Shown piece after piece: positions 48,368-62,069 of a stretch of DNA of 64,000 nucleotides (within the stretch, counting starts at the first letter, position 1; every line of letters starts with the position of its first letter). A program made the position numbers and the translations under genes. Where the stretch lies: NCBI GenBank assembly GCA_965113315.1, contig OZ220382.1; one strand, written 5' to 3'. Below the pieces are notes generated by a model, which was given only the letters and a program-made list of their open reading frames with translations, searched no databases and had not been told where the DNA came from. This stretch comes from Podarcis vaucheri. Its lineage: Eukaryota.

Positions 48368-48500
48368 CAGGTTTGAGGGATGTGTGGCCCTTCAGATATT
48401 GCTGGACTACAACTCCCATCAGCAACAGCAAGAACGTGCAATGGCCAGGGATTATGGGAGTTGTAGTTCCACAACTATGAAGGGCCAAAGGTTCCTCACT
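48368..48500. mobile_element. Short palindromic MITE
   Basis: GGCCCTTCA..ACTACAACTCCCAT / ATGGGAGTTGTAGT..TGAAGGGCC inverted repeat. Confidence 0.75.
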
Positions 48501-50749
48501 TGTATATAGATCAACACCAAACCAGTCCTTTCCTGCAGGCTCCTACTCTAATGGGTACAACACGAAAGTGGCAGGGGTGGGATGGGAAGGGAAGAGAAAA
48601 GCCAAGCAAAGTCAAACAGCATTATAATGTATGAGAATCACACACAAGAGTTCTATATAAATGCTCAATATCATTATTCAGTGCCTTGATTTTCCTCTGT
48701 CCATTCTGCACCCAGGAGACCAAAGCCACCTTGCTATAACTCTTGCATTCTCCAAATTATCCATCAACTCACTTCATATTTTTCTGTATTCTCTCAGGGA
48801 CGTTGTTAGATTGGACTCAATTTTCACCGGATGAAAACTTGATATGCAACATGGATCTCAGATGCATTTTGAAATCTGCATAATTCTCTCCCCCCACTAC
48901 CCGCCCCGCTTTCTCTCTTCATTTCACTGGAGCATCCTCTCCTTAAATTCAGAACCATCTTTTGCTTGCCTCTGCAATTTCTTGTAATTTGATCCTAATC
49001 TTTCCTCAGGAAAGCAATTCACCTAAGCAAAGGCTTGCAGATGAAGAAGGCATGCTTTTTCTCTATCTTTTTTTGCTTCCTGGTATGATATGCAAAATTC
49101 TTTGAGATTCTTGTTTCAATCCAATCTACAGCACTTATGAAATTGTTTGCTCCTTAGAGGCAAATTCTCTTTCAGCAAGCTTTTGGGAGCTGTGCTACAA
49201 TCAGTGGGCATATTGCTGGCCTGGCCCTGGTTTCTCCCCCCCCCCCCAATTTTTCTTTCCAGTTCCCCTGGTGTCTAGAATTAATTAGGTCCAATTATCA
49301 AATAAAATAATGGTTTTCCCAACAGGTGATGCTAGATCCATCTCCATTCCTATCTGCATAAGACCATGATTTACACAGCACTATCAGCATGCACGGCATT
49401 TTCCTGAGTGATGATGACAGATCTCAGCCCTGAGGAGGCTACAGTTCAAAATACATAATAAAAAAAGATTTTTAAAAAACTGTAATATCTGTTGTCAAAG
49501 GTCACTGCAGGGCTGGACCAACGCATTTTGCCTGAGGCAGAGATCAAGATGGTTCTCCCTCCTATTCCATGTACAAAATCTAATCAGACTGGAAACTGAA
49601 TCTTATTTCAACACTGGTAATTGGACAGTGTCTGTCACTGCTCCTGAGGACAACAGAATGGCTTAAGGCAAGCCACATAGCACATGTAGTTCTGTTGTTC
49701 CAACATCTTACTGCTGCTCTCTTGCCTCCCAGCATTTTCAACCTGTGGCAGCTGCCTCCCTCTGCCAATGGTAGGCAAGCCTGGGCCAAGAATATAATGA
49801 TCACTATGTATACTTTTCTGCATTCCATTCCCTTCTGACCTCACTGTTTATAGCACCACGCCAACTCTCTCTCCGCCCCCCGCCCCTTGTGTGTGTGTGT
49901 GTCTGTCTGTCTGCAGCTCTTGATAACACTTTGCGCATATCATGAATGCTTACATTGTTAAGAATATTTTCTATCTGGGTGACCATTTTTTTGCATTCTT
50001 CAGGGGCACTCAGTTCTCCAGGCAGTGATCATGGGTTGCATCCAATGAACCTATTCAGAGTAAACACATTTAAATTAATAGATGCGACTAATGTATCTCC
50101 ACTGATACTAATGGGTCCTCTCTGTGTAGATTAGTATTGGATACAATGACATGTGTCTATTTTATCACATGTATTTTATCACAAACTGTTATTCTGCCAA
50201 TAATGACGTTGCTGCCCTGTAGCGGTAATGACTTCAGTTATGATTCACTCCATGGCATCACCAGTTGAAACAGAGTAGGGAATCTATGGTCCTCTAGATG
50301 TTGTTGGTTTACAACTCTCCTCATCCTGGATCATTGGCTGGGGCTGATGAGAATTCAACAACACCTAGAGGGCGACAGAATCTTCATAGAGACAGTGATT
50401 ACAGGTAGCAGTGTTGGGAAAGGTTTGGGGAATATGTTGCCCATCGAAGTAGAGAAGACACGTCTAGATGTGAATAGAAATGCTCTGATTCTTCCAGCTT
50501 ATAATTATCCAAGTATCATAGAGTCAAAAGGAATCTCCCTGTCAATGCAGAGGCCCTTAAATGCAGGATCCCTGGTGGATAGACATCCATTCTTGGTTTA
50601 GAAACCTCTATCAAAAAACGCATCGCCTTCCACAGAAGTCCATTCCACTGCTGAATAACTTACTAGCATCTTGTAGTTTTCACTCAAAACAGAGTGCAAA
50701 CATTTTAGCAAACCTAAATTAAAATTTGGTAGAGGGACAAGAGACCACC

Positions 50750-50885
50750 CAAGGATGGGGAAGCTGTGGCCCTCTAGATGTCACTGGACTCCAACTCCCA
50801 GTAGCTCCAGCAAGCCTGGTTAATAGCCAGGTATGATGGGTGTTGTAGTTCAACAACATCTGTAGGGCCCCACAGGTTCCTGTTC
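50750..50885. mobile_element. Short palindromic MITE
   Basis: Same family and symmetry as 48368-48500. Confidence 0.7.
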
Positions 50886-53624
50886 CTTGACACACACCCC
50901 CCCAATACTTTCTTATGTCACATTAGGCAAATCTACTCTGTTCCACAGCCACCATTTTCTCCGAGCTGCTTGGAAGTCCCTTTTCCAACAACCTGTTGGT
51001 TCCTCCAGATCAGAATAAACTTGGAGGTTCTTCGTGCTTCCCATTTTCTTCGCTGGTTTATGAGCAGGCATTAACTCCAGCTCATGCATAAGCATTCTGT
51101 TGCTTTTTTTGCTGAATTTAATTTGTAGCCCTCGTTTGTCTTTGTAATGCTTTGATGCCCTTTATGTTCAAGCCTTAAAACTTGTGCGCTCAATTTTCAT
51201 GGTGTGACTTTTTCCGCTATGCCTCCTTGAAAGCTTTATATGATGGCAGTGTAACAAGAACTGTAAACTCTGCTTTAGATACATTTCCTCAGGTTATTTA
51301 AGTCAGGTTTTTGTTGTTGTTTTTTGCTTTTTTTACTGTTCCAACTCACACCAAGCACAGTATTTTTCTGCCAAGAAAGTATAGGGTTTCATCTCAACCC
51401 CCCCCCCCGTCTTCCAGCTCTCTCTTGCTCTTGATTAGCTAACACTGTCACAGCATTTCCCCTTAAGCTATACAGCCAATACCTGGACCTAGATAGAGGT
51501 CAATATTTTTAATAAGTAGCACTGAGAAATGCTTCCAGTTTCAGAAAAAGGAGGAGGAGGAGGAGGAGAAGTTAGAATGCAGATCTTCCATCTCTACGCT
51601 TTTAATTCTCTTTAAACAAAATTTGTATGCCATTTGGTTGTAATAAAGCCTCCCGGTGTTTTACAAACCAAAAAAAGGAAAAGACACTAAAAGTTTGGTT
51701 TTTTAATTACTCTACTATTGCTGGGGTATATTCTCTTTTAATATCTGGTTTGGTGTGACATCTTAACACCACTTTGAATGTGGTATTGTGTTTTAATTTC
51801 TTTTTGCTTACTGTTGATTTTAATTACCTTTTGCTTCTTTTAAAATACTTGCTTTGAACTTTTATCGATAATTTTAAAGTTCTTTTTTTTAAAAAAAACC
51901 CAATTAGAGGTTTCATTACAGTTAAACAGTATATAAATGCTTCAAAATAAATAAAAATTGTATTGTCAGCACCCTGTGCTCCCATTAGGAGGAAGGGCAA
52001 GATAGAAGCATGAGGAAATAAATGTATAAATAATCATAAAGTCCCTCAGGGACCCAAACAACAACTGAGAAAGAAGCCATGGAAGTTTTGCAGTTTCCTA
52101 CCCTGGGAACTAAAGTCTTCTCTTCCCTGAACTTGAAGGACCTCTGTTTTGTTCCAGTGACTGAAACATCTGAAACAGGATGCATTTAGAAATATACATT
52201 GCCCTCACTCCCACAAATAAGACTCAGGAGGCAACACTTGGTGCAATGGTTATACTTATCAATATAACAGAATTGGAATAAGTGCAAATCAGATTAACTG
52301 GATTAACCAAATTCAGAAAGATGCAACCACAGTCTGTGTCTCCTCAGCAAAGGATAGGTAGGAAATAAACCCCTATTTACTAAGTGAGAGACACTAAATG
52401 TGCATATCAGGCGTAAAGAGCACCCCAAGTCCCCCAGGCAAAATGCACTGGTGGGTCCACAGAGGCTGCCCATAACGCGATAGTGCATCAGTGTCCCTAT
52501 TGTATCTCACCTCAAATTTCTCACCTTCCCATGTTTAATGCCTGAAGAACAACATCACTATGCCACTTCTGGGTTGTCCATCAAATTCTTCCCAGCAGAG
52601 TGAAGTAAGCAAAAAAAATAGCAAGGATCGCCATGGCCTGTCAAGGAACTCTTTCAGAAAAAAACCTCCTCAGCCCCTTCAGCAGGTGACTGGCAGGAGC
52701 TGACACTGCATATAGGGAAGGGGGCACAACAAAGAGTAGAGGGCACACCTGGGGGAGAAATGGGCTTATGAAGCTCTGCCCAACCCCCTTCCCATTGGCC
52801 TTTAGCCCTCAGCTGACTTGCCCTCTGCAAACTCCTGAGTCCCCTTTGCATGTAGTGGAGGCAAACATGCCTCTGAAGGAAGAGCAGGGGCAATATATCT
52901 GAGGATTGTATATTTTTCTGGATTAGATTTTCAGAGTAAATATGTAGTTAACCATTCGGAAACTGCCATTTGCTTACAATTTAAGAGCTTAAGATGCATG
53001 TAATAGTGGCCCTAACTGCATACACTTCTAAAGTGGTGTGTGTGTGCATGTGTTTCCAGCATTATTATTGCCTTTAATGCTGTGAATACATAATATTAAT
53101 TGAAAATGGGGTGATATTAAATGGCCTTCAAATTACCGAGAACTTGCTGGCAGCCAACGTATGTGCCGGACTAATTTTTTCAGTTAGAAAATGCTTGAGG
53201 CTGCAATGTCATCTGCAATTAAGAGCTGGACTGGGAAGCTACTTAATTTGTCGATTTGAATTTTAATAAGCTCACTATGACTGCACTTAGATGCCATGTT
53301 GAAACCTAAAAGGTCAAGCAGTTAGGGTCCAATCTGGGAAATAGTCCTCCATACTGCTCACTATTTTTCACATTATAATGTGTTTCAGTGGGTGTGTTGG
53401 AGCTTGTGGAGGTTGTGTTGATTTCTTTTAGAAGGTATCTATCATTTCCCGTTGTGTGCAGTAGGTGGAAGGTCACTGCTGACCTCCCTTCATCAACCAA
53501 GTTCTCTGGCGCAAACAGAAGAAAATCTGAAGAAGGCAGTACTTGGGGTTTGAAGAGTTTCTCTTTTGCTACTGCTTATCTTTCCCCCAGTGCCTGGTGC
53601 TAAGTGGTGCATATACTAATCCTT

Positions 53625-53730
53625 GGTATAAGGCAGGTTTCTATGTTCCTAAGTCAGACCATCAGACCATTTAGCTCAGCATTGTCAATGACTGGCAACA
53701 GCTCTCCAGGGTTTCAGTCAGGAGTCTCCC
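53625..53730 (-). mobile_element. Squam3-like SINE 3' part with a locally inverted tail
   Basis: Body matches 44661-44853 in minus orientation; the terminal ~26 bp match in plus orientation. Confidence 0.6.
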
Positions 53731-56700
53731 CCCAGACACCACGATGCCCTACCACTGATCTGCAGCCTTGTCCCTGGTCATCCAAGTCTCTTGTGTGCCA
53801 GAGAATTCTGTATGGAAGTGGCCTGGCTGGCCCCTTGTTATTAGAAAGGTTGGAGATACATCCCCACCATTTCTGAGTTTTCGTTAAACAAGATGAAAAC
53901 TAGTTCTCTCACATTGTGCCATCTGGGACAGGTGGGGATTTAACAGGATTAGATTTAAGTTCACCACTGGTAACTTTCTGCCCATGTTTGCGGGTCCCTG
54001 TAAAAAGGCTTTGAGACACTGAATTCAAAATATTGGCATCCTGGCTTATGCTTTTATTCTATCATTGTCAGAAATGTACATGATTTCTTACCAAAAGCCA
54101 GTTCAAATTGTCTTCTTTGTAACCTATTTTTAAATAGTCAACAATAGACCTTCCACAGTCATCTTAGTTCCTTTGTCCAACACCTTCCTAATGGCATTTT
54201 CAGTGCTTGCTGTGGTTTCTACCTACCTGTACATTTTCTAGGATTAGATTTATGGTACTGTATCTCCGCCCCCAGCTCAAACAAATGTAAGAGATTTGTT
54301 ATACAGGTTCTTTTGTTAAGTCCACCTCATCTAAATCTACTCATTGGCGATCAAGATTGTTAAAGCTTCTAGTTCCCTTTCATTGCTGCACAATTCAGGC
54401 GCCTCTCCTAGGATGTCAAACACCCAATAGTTTATTGAAATACATGTCAAATATACAGATATAGATATTGCTATCTCATTTCACTCCATTTCTTTATCAT
54501 CTTTGTTTCCCCCATGCAGTTCAGATGCAGCACTTTCTCTTCCCACTCCCAGGAGAAAGATCCTGTCCAGAAATATTCTTTATATGAATGAATACTCATA
54601 TGGTGCCTCTTAACAGCTTTGAACTCCCATGTTCAAATTCAGTTCTGATTAGCATCCGAAAATTACTAGGAAGCCGTGAGCAGTTTCCAGCTGGTACCGT
54701 GCTGCTTTTCACAACCTGGCGTGTCCTGACAGCAATTGCATCCCATGCTGTTTACACAGAAGAACCAGGAGGCTGGATAATTTGCAGCAACATCAAATGG
54801 AAGTTAAAGCCAGTGAGGGGAATTTTGGATCCTGTATAGCACAGACCGTCAAGGCTGCCATTTTCTTTCTGCCAAGCTTCAAAGTCCCGTGCCCGATGAA
54901 ATTATATGCTTCTAATTCAAAGTCCTACCAAAAATGAGCGCCATAAATTTTGTTTCTTTGAAAATAAAATACACCTACGCAGCGGGATACCAAGACATGA
55001 AGGGAGACTTTCATTACCTGCAACACTTTCACTTCCCACAGAGTTCTTCATTTTCCTGTGTTACTTTTCAGCTAGTAGTAAATGGTCCCATTTTACCTAG
55101 GAAACAACTGCCCCTATCATAACAATCTAAACCTGAAGGCAGCCAACATGGTGCCCTTTAGACATTGTTGGACTACAATTCCAAAAAGATCTGGCCAGGA
55201 TGGCTAATGGTCAGAAATGCTGGGAGTTGCAGCCCAACAATGTCTCGAGCGCATCATGTTGCCTGCCCTATATCTAAAGTTTTATCAACTGCACCTTATC
55301 AGTATGTCTATGCACCATGGGTCTGCAAGAGATATACTGAGATGTGTTCTTAGCGGTTCTTCTGTAACGGTAGAATTTCTCTATCTTAGGGACAATTCAA
55401 ACATTAGGATTCTATTTTCGAATGTGTACGCCTAAGATTTAAATGCACACCTGAATATGCAAAGGAGAAATATGCTTGTTTGGAAAACATGTTACAAAGC
55501 AAGTACAGAAAGGCTTCAGAACCTAGAACAAACTGTAGCTCTCTGTCAAACACACTCAGGGGGTTTCCATGTACTCCCAGACCCAGAAGAGATGTAGTAT
55601 CACTATGGCAGATCTCCACCTGTGACTTATACATGCTCATTTGTACATTTTGAAAAGTAACTCATGCATATGATAATACATGCAGAGCCCTCTATTAGTG
55701 CATTCCAAAACTCTGGAAGAAGCAGCAGACACCATGAATGCATGTAGGTAAGGGGTGCAACCTCCCAGTGGCCCTTCAATGGCGCTTTGGAACTCCGCAG
55801 TCCCACCAATGGAGGCTGGTTCATTAGGGCCCTACTAGCCCCTGCCTGCCTTTAGCCAGCCCCCATCTGCTTACTTACTTCTAGTTTAGTGAGTGGCACT
55901 ACCTGTCAACTTCCTCTTCCTTAGTGTCTGTGTTGCCTCTGTAGAACTCAGCAGGGAGGAGGATGGGCACAAAGCTAGAATTAGTGGGTCCACCCACCAT
56001 TAGCTCTGTCATTGCCTCTGGCTCTTACTGTCTCCCTGCCTACTCAACTAGGAACCTTCTTTTACAGTCAAGGGCAATTCTCCCAGACAGTGTTGTTCTG
56101 GCTTAGGTCACATATTATATTCTGTATTCAAATCAAGTCCCTGTGGACAATTGGGGTGCATCACGCAGAGATACTGAATGCCTGAACCCAAACCTTAGAA
56201 AGTTTCTAAAGGGCATGGGCTGCTGATGTGCTCCCTGTACATGTGGACAGCAGGGGTCAGAGCAAATCCCACATAACTTTATTTTAGCCCTCCCTTCCCC
56301 ATTGACCCAGCAAACAAGTACCAGCTTTGAGTTCTCCACTTATTACAATAGAGGCAATTTTAAAGATCTTAACCATATTGCATTAACAGCATACATTTAA
56401 ACATTTAAGGCATGCAGCTTCCCCCAAATAATCCTGGGAACTGTAGATTGTTAAGGGTGTTGGGAATTGTAGCTCTGTGAGGGGAATTGTAGCTCTATGA
56501 GGGATTTGTTGGGGGGGGGAAGCCATTTGCTTTAAATATACAGTGTGGATGTGTCTAAGATGACGCAGAAAAGAAAGTTGGAATCAAGCTGGGATTTTTG
56601 CCACATGGTGATGTTTATTGATTGATTTCATTTTAAGTAAATTTTATTAGGTATTTAATGTGTCTTTCTTAAATTTCATTCTTGTCTGTCTCTAGTAAAC

Positions 56701-59400
56701 AAGGTCATCCTTTCAAATGTATGTGTGTGTGTAACATCTGCTCATTCCCCAGCTATGAAAGTCAGATAGATTTCCCCCCTTTCAAGTTGTGAAGATTATT
56801 GCCAAAAAAAAAAGAGAGGGAACTTTAATAATGTAGAAGTGTTTACTGGAGTCATTGCTCTTTGGCTTCAGCAGGTATCCTGCAAGCCGCAGAAACCAAG
56901 ATTAAGAACAAAATACTTTACTTATCTGCTTTCTCGCACACACCTGTAGGGAATTAGAGAACTCTGGCACACAAGGCCAGACTTTTGAAACTGATTTTGC
57001 AGCCAAGGTATCACCGATCCTTAATTAGCTAGGATTGCTTTCAGAATAGTTAAAATCCTTTCCCCAGATGATCCTTGGATCAGTAACCTTCCTGGTGACA
57101 GACTGGTTTAAGAATCAGCAGGTGAACAGTCGGATATCCATGCCTAGAATTTTTTCCTTAAGCAAAACAAGGATGAGTTCTGTTGACAGACTCTTTCATT
57201 AGAGACTGTTCAGTCCTGTGAAACTTTTCTTCACATCTTGAAAATTCCAAAAACCAAATAGCTGGAAAAAACAAGAATTGCGATGTGAGCCAGCCAAGGT
57301 TTGTCGGGAAACTTAGCTAAAAGAGCTCCAAAACTCACAATTTTCAAACAAAAGCAAATAAGGCAGGTAGAATTTTTAGCAAGATCTCTCTCTCTCCCTC
57401 CCTCCCTCCCCCCCTCTCTCTCTCTTTCTCACACACACACACACATTTTCTTTCAAGAGAAGTTGTGTAGGCAATAGAGTTTACCACCAAACATAACCTC
57501 AAGCAAGGCAAATTTTAAGGTTCCTGCTAGAGTGGAGCATACAACTGTGGTGTAAACAAGAGGAAATAAGTATTTTGAGACAACTAGCAAAAATTCCTAT
57601 TCCAAGTCAACACCAAGTGGCTGGGTCCAACCACCACTTTAGGTGCCCACAATGTGCCATAATGTAGATGTGAAACAGTGTGGGAAATCAAAACAGAGGA
57701 TGGAAGCTATTGCCCAGGGCCCACAATGGATAAAAGAGTCCGGCAGAGGGCATTTTGCTCAAGTCCCTCTCTAAGCAGCCCTGCCTGGAGTGCACATCTC
57801 ATCTGGGACATTGCTTCACTGATAGCCCCTGGGGATATTTTGCCAATTGCTTTGCTTGTACGGTCAGAGGCAGCCTTAAAGAAGCCTTAGAAATCACCTA
57901 GGCTCTGCCGCAGCAGTGTATTTTTCAACAGTACGGGTGTCTAGACTCTCAATGCCTGAAGGGACACACATTTTTAATAGTCCATTGTTAAAACACTGAC
58001 AGTGAATCACAGCTCTGTAGCAAATGGTGAAGTCTGAGCCATCCAAAAGCCCCAATGCACAAGCAGAGAATTAGGTTTAGGATGATTAAATATCCATAAT
58101 AAAATAAAAAAGAAGAATGATCAGTCTAATTACAATAAAATGCCTTCCACTCAGACACCTGCCTCCATTTCTCTCGGGCCCAGACTATAGGCAAACAGCC
58201 TTTTTTTGTTCTGAACTAATTCCTCTCAGGGCCTGTTAAGATTCAAGGAAAATTGGCCAAAGTTTCAATTCTGGGAATCAATAGCTATATATTCTCCTGA
58301 AAGTACATGGCAAAGGTATTTAATTTGTCAACAGCAAAAGTTCAAGCCTAGCATTATACACTGCCCAAGTTGTTTCTAAAAGCATTCAGAAGCTGGAAGA
58401 AATCTAATAATGCCAGGTGTATGAGAGACAGTGAATATTTTGATGAAACAGACCCAATCCGGATATAATTCAGCACCACCTTTTCCCCTAGGAAAGCTTT
58501 GCATCTTTTACCCAATATTTTTTGCACAGTTGCTTGAACTAAAGGTTTGATTTTCAAACGTAGGTGGCATTCAGAGCACTCTGAGGGGCCATATATTTAT
58601 TTTTCCCCCAACGTGTGGGTTCAAATCCCATGTAGTCAATTTCTAATTTGACAGAATTGTCCCCAAATTGTATTTCAGCTGCAACAGCTTCTGGATTTTT
58701 ACAAACCCTGATCATAATGGAAAATTAACTGCCAGGTCTCCATGGCAACTGGAACATTTCATGTAACGAGACAGAGAGCACACACACCCTGTGGATCTCA
58801 ATTCCTCCTCTGGAGACACAGTAGTAGCCAGAACCACTTTTTTCTATGGCTCAAACTGGTGAGGTAACTTCTGCCTCTCCTAGCATTTTCTATCATGGTA
58901 GCAATCATCCTTATTCCTTCAGCAACCAGAAGAATGCAGTGATTTCTCAGAGAGGTTTTACAAGAAGTTTGATATACCTTCTTTTTTATACAATGAGTGA
59001 GGAAACTCTGCTCTATGGGCCAAATTTGATGCAGCATGGGTCTCAGCTTGGCCTGGAGGTCATTTCCCTCAAACCATGCCCAAATGTCACACACCTGACA
59101 CCTGTGATGTCAGGTGTATGGCAGGTAGAGACATGGTTGGATCAGCTGCATGACTGAGCCAGGGAGCAGCTTTGTAAGCCCTATACCAAGCACTTGGGAT
59201 GCCTATCCTGGACTTCGCACTTTTAGGAAAAATTATATAGGGTTTTTTTTGGGGGGGGCATTTCCAACACTCTTTTAATCACCATGTGTTCAGCAAAATG
59301 GCTGGAGGAGGCTGCAGTCCATTACAAATCCTCAGTAGAAGAACCTGCATATAGTGCCACATAGAAGTTCCTTTAGAGATAACTAATGCTATGAATATAT

Positions 59401-59615
59401 GTCAAAATAAAAAAAAAAATCCTTCCTGTAGCACCTTAAAGACCAACTAAGTTAGTTCTTGGTATAAGCTTTCGTGTGCATGCACACTTCTTCAGATACA
59501 CTGTGCATGCACACGAAAGCTTATACCAAGAACTAACTTAGTTGGTCTTTAAGGTGCTACAGGAAGGATTTTTTTTATTTTGACTATGGCAGACCAACAC
59601 GGCTACCTATCTGTA
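59401..59615. mobile_element. Penelope-like element remnant: inverted pseudo-LTR pair
   Basis: Arms 59401-59486 and 59502-59584 are identical except for poly-A length; 15-nt spacer; TSD TATGAATATAT at 59390-59400 and 59616-59626; hammerhead motif. Confidence 0.8.
59462..59499 (-). ncRNA. Minimal type I hammerhead ribozyme motif (Penelope-type)
   Basis: Minus-strand RNA GUAU CUGAAGA A GUGUG-CAUG-CACAC GAAA GC UU AUAC: CUGANGA and GAAA boxes, helix I GUAU/AUAC, helix II, palindromic AGCU in place of helix III. Confidence 0.75.
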
Positions 59616-61394
59616 TATGAATATATGGTTTACCTTAGCTCTCCCATTTGTACAAATAAATAAAGATATAAACTTAGCTAAACTTCTAAAAGGGGTGGAG
59701 AACATGAGGCCTGGGGGTGGTATATGCGGCCCCTAATCCTATCTATCTGGCTGTCAGGACTCTCTCAGCATAACACTCCTTCTCCCCAGGCCACACTCCT
59801 GAATAGGTCTTCTTTGCACCCTCCTTAAATGTTTTTGCCTGGATGCAATGTGTCTGTAAACTCTGATCATGACCCTTGCTTGCCCAGATGGTGGCTGGAG
59901 ACGGATGTGTGAGTTGAATTTAGCCTAATGTGCAAAGGTAAACTTTGTATTCATTGCTTCACCCACTTTTGCCTCTGGCCCATCACTGGCATGTGGCCCC
60001 CTTTAAATTTATATACCCACACAGTGCTTTTTTTTAAAAAAAGTTTAGGGATACTCTCATTTTGACTCAATAAAATCACCATTTTATAGTTCAAATCAGG
60101 AAAAATAAATACAGTAAATGGACAAAGAACATGCATTACCTCATATTAGGCAGCTGACAACACACAGTAACTTCCACATTGGCATGAGGTTGTGTGCACC
60201 AACAATGAAAATGACCAATCACTGTGCTAGATTCCAATTCCTACTTCACACATTAAACGCTCACTTCCATCTGAGACTCAGGAAACACTGGGAAAGAAAA
60301 TGAGGCTGCCATTGGGGGGTAGCAATGGAACTGACGATTCAACGTACTTTTCAACAGAACTGACAATTCACCGTGCTAGAGAAGAAACAACTTTTTTTTT
60401 AAAAAAAAAGTTTATTCTCCTGTTAGATTCACCAAATGTTTAGGGGTACAAAAAGCACTGTACCCACATATTGTATCATAATTTCAGGGGGGGTTCCTCC
60501 CCCACCCCCTTTTCTTTCATTTTACTCCCTCACTGCAATTTTTTTGTAAACCATAAGGGGGGGGGGGTAAGTTAGATATGTAACTTCTGTGAAAAGGCTA
60601 TTGATGGCTGCAGAGGCAGAACCTTATAATCATCATCAACAACAAAAGCATGCATTAGGGTCTATCAGAGTTCCATTGACTGATGCCATTAATAGACATC
60701 AGCATGATAGCATGCTTGAAAATCCCACGCATCTTAATACACCAGCACAACTTGTGAGCAGCATAATTCAAGCAGATTTACAGACATAACAGAGAAAATG
60801 CCTGACCCTTTACTTTAAGGTGTATGATGCAAACTATCATTTGCAGCTGGGTAGTGTGGGTGGAGAGGAGAGTGATAATGTCAATGCCACTTGACTCTAA
60901 CATCATGGCTGAGAAGGCTGCTATTTCACAAGGTCTGGAAACTTATTAGTCAATTTCTTTCCGGGTTATTTTTTACGGCGAAGTCAAGTTTATTTGGCAC
61001 AAGCTAAAAATCAGCCCTCTCTAAAGTGTTCTCTTAAAGATCACCAAGTATTTTTTTATTAGTAAAACGCATTTGCAGTGCCAAAGAAATTCATAATTTC
61101 TGCTCCCTCTCCCCCACTTAAAGCATACAAGTGACAAATAGTTCTATTACCTCATTTCTTTCTTGCTTCATTTGACTAAACAAATGCCCTAGAGTAGGAA
61201 CACTTACTTGCATAGAAAATATTAATCCATCTTTTAAAAAGAGCTCTTCAGTAATCTGCCTAATTTTCTAATGCCAGTGTCACAGATGAGTGTTCCTTAC
61301 ACAGTTCAACTTTCCCAAAAATACATCAGGGTGTCCTTTATGTCAGGGCCAACAACCCAGTGAACTGAAAAACTGATGCTCATCTTGCCCATTA

Positions 61395-61700
61395 TAAAAT
61401 ATGTAATTGCCTCCTGGTATTTTAATTCCTTCCCTCTTAAACTCTTGCTGGTTTTGACCTTTAAAGACCTTTACATCATAGGATCAGCATACATTAAGGA
61501 CCACTTGCTCCTGTCACTAAGCTCTGCCGAGATGTTGAGTTCTTCAGCTGAGATCCCTCAATGGATCTTCAGACTTTCAGGAGACGGGTGTGTAGTGACT
61601 GACGATAGGGCTTTTTCAGTGTTGGTGCCCTATATTTAGAATGCCTTTATTATAATTTCAGCTCCAGGTAAAGACCCTTTTAATTTAGCCAGGTTTTAAC
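61395..61700 (+). mobile_element. L2 LINE ORF2 C-terminal fragment
   Basis: LLVLTFKDLYIIGSAYIKDHLL...DRAFSVLVP matches L2-type FKAL.GLGP.YL and RAFSV.AP motifs. Confidence 0.75.
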
Positions 61701-62069
61701 AAATGCCTTACCTGGTTCTGGTTCTGATGTTTGATTTTCTGCTCTTAAGTTTTAAAATTATTTAGTGTACTGATCTTCTTATTGTTGTGACTGTTTGATT
61801 TGCAAAATGCTCTGGGAATCCCTTGGGAGTGGAGAGCCAGGGGAAATTTTATGAAGCGAAATAGAGAAAACATTTCCCTAAGATCTGTCTTTGTGTGGTA
61901 AAGCGCTGTTCGTTTACCGATGTCGTATATTCATTCACTTGCAAGAGATTCAAGTGTGCTTCACACATGTGAAATCATCACTTGATGACTGCAACGTCAT
62001 GAGATGAATTGCATGCATGAGAGGATCAACACAGATACCACCTCATATACATGTGGTAATGACAGAGAG

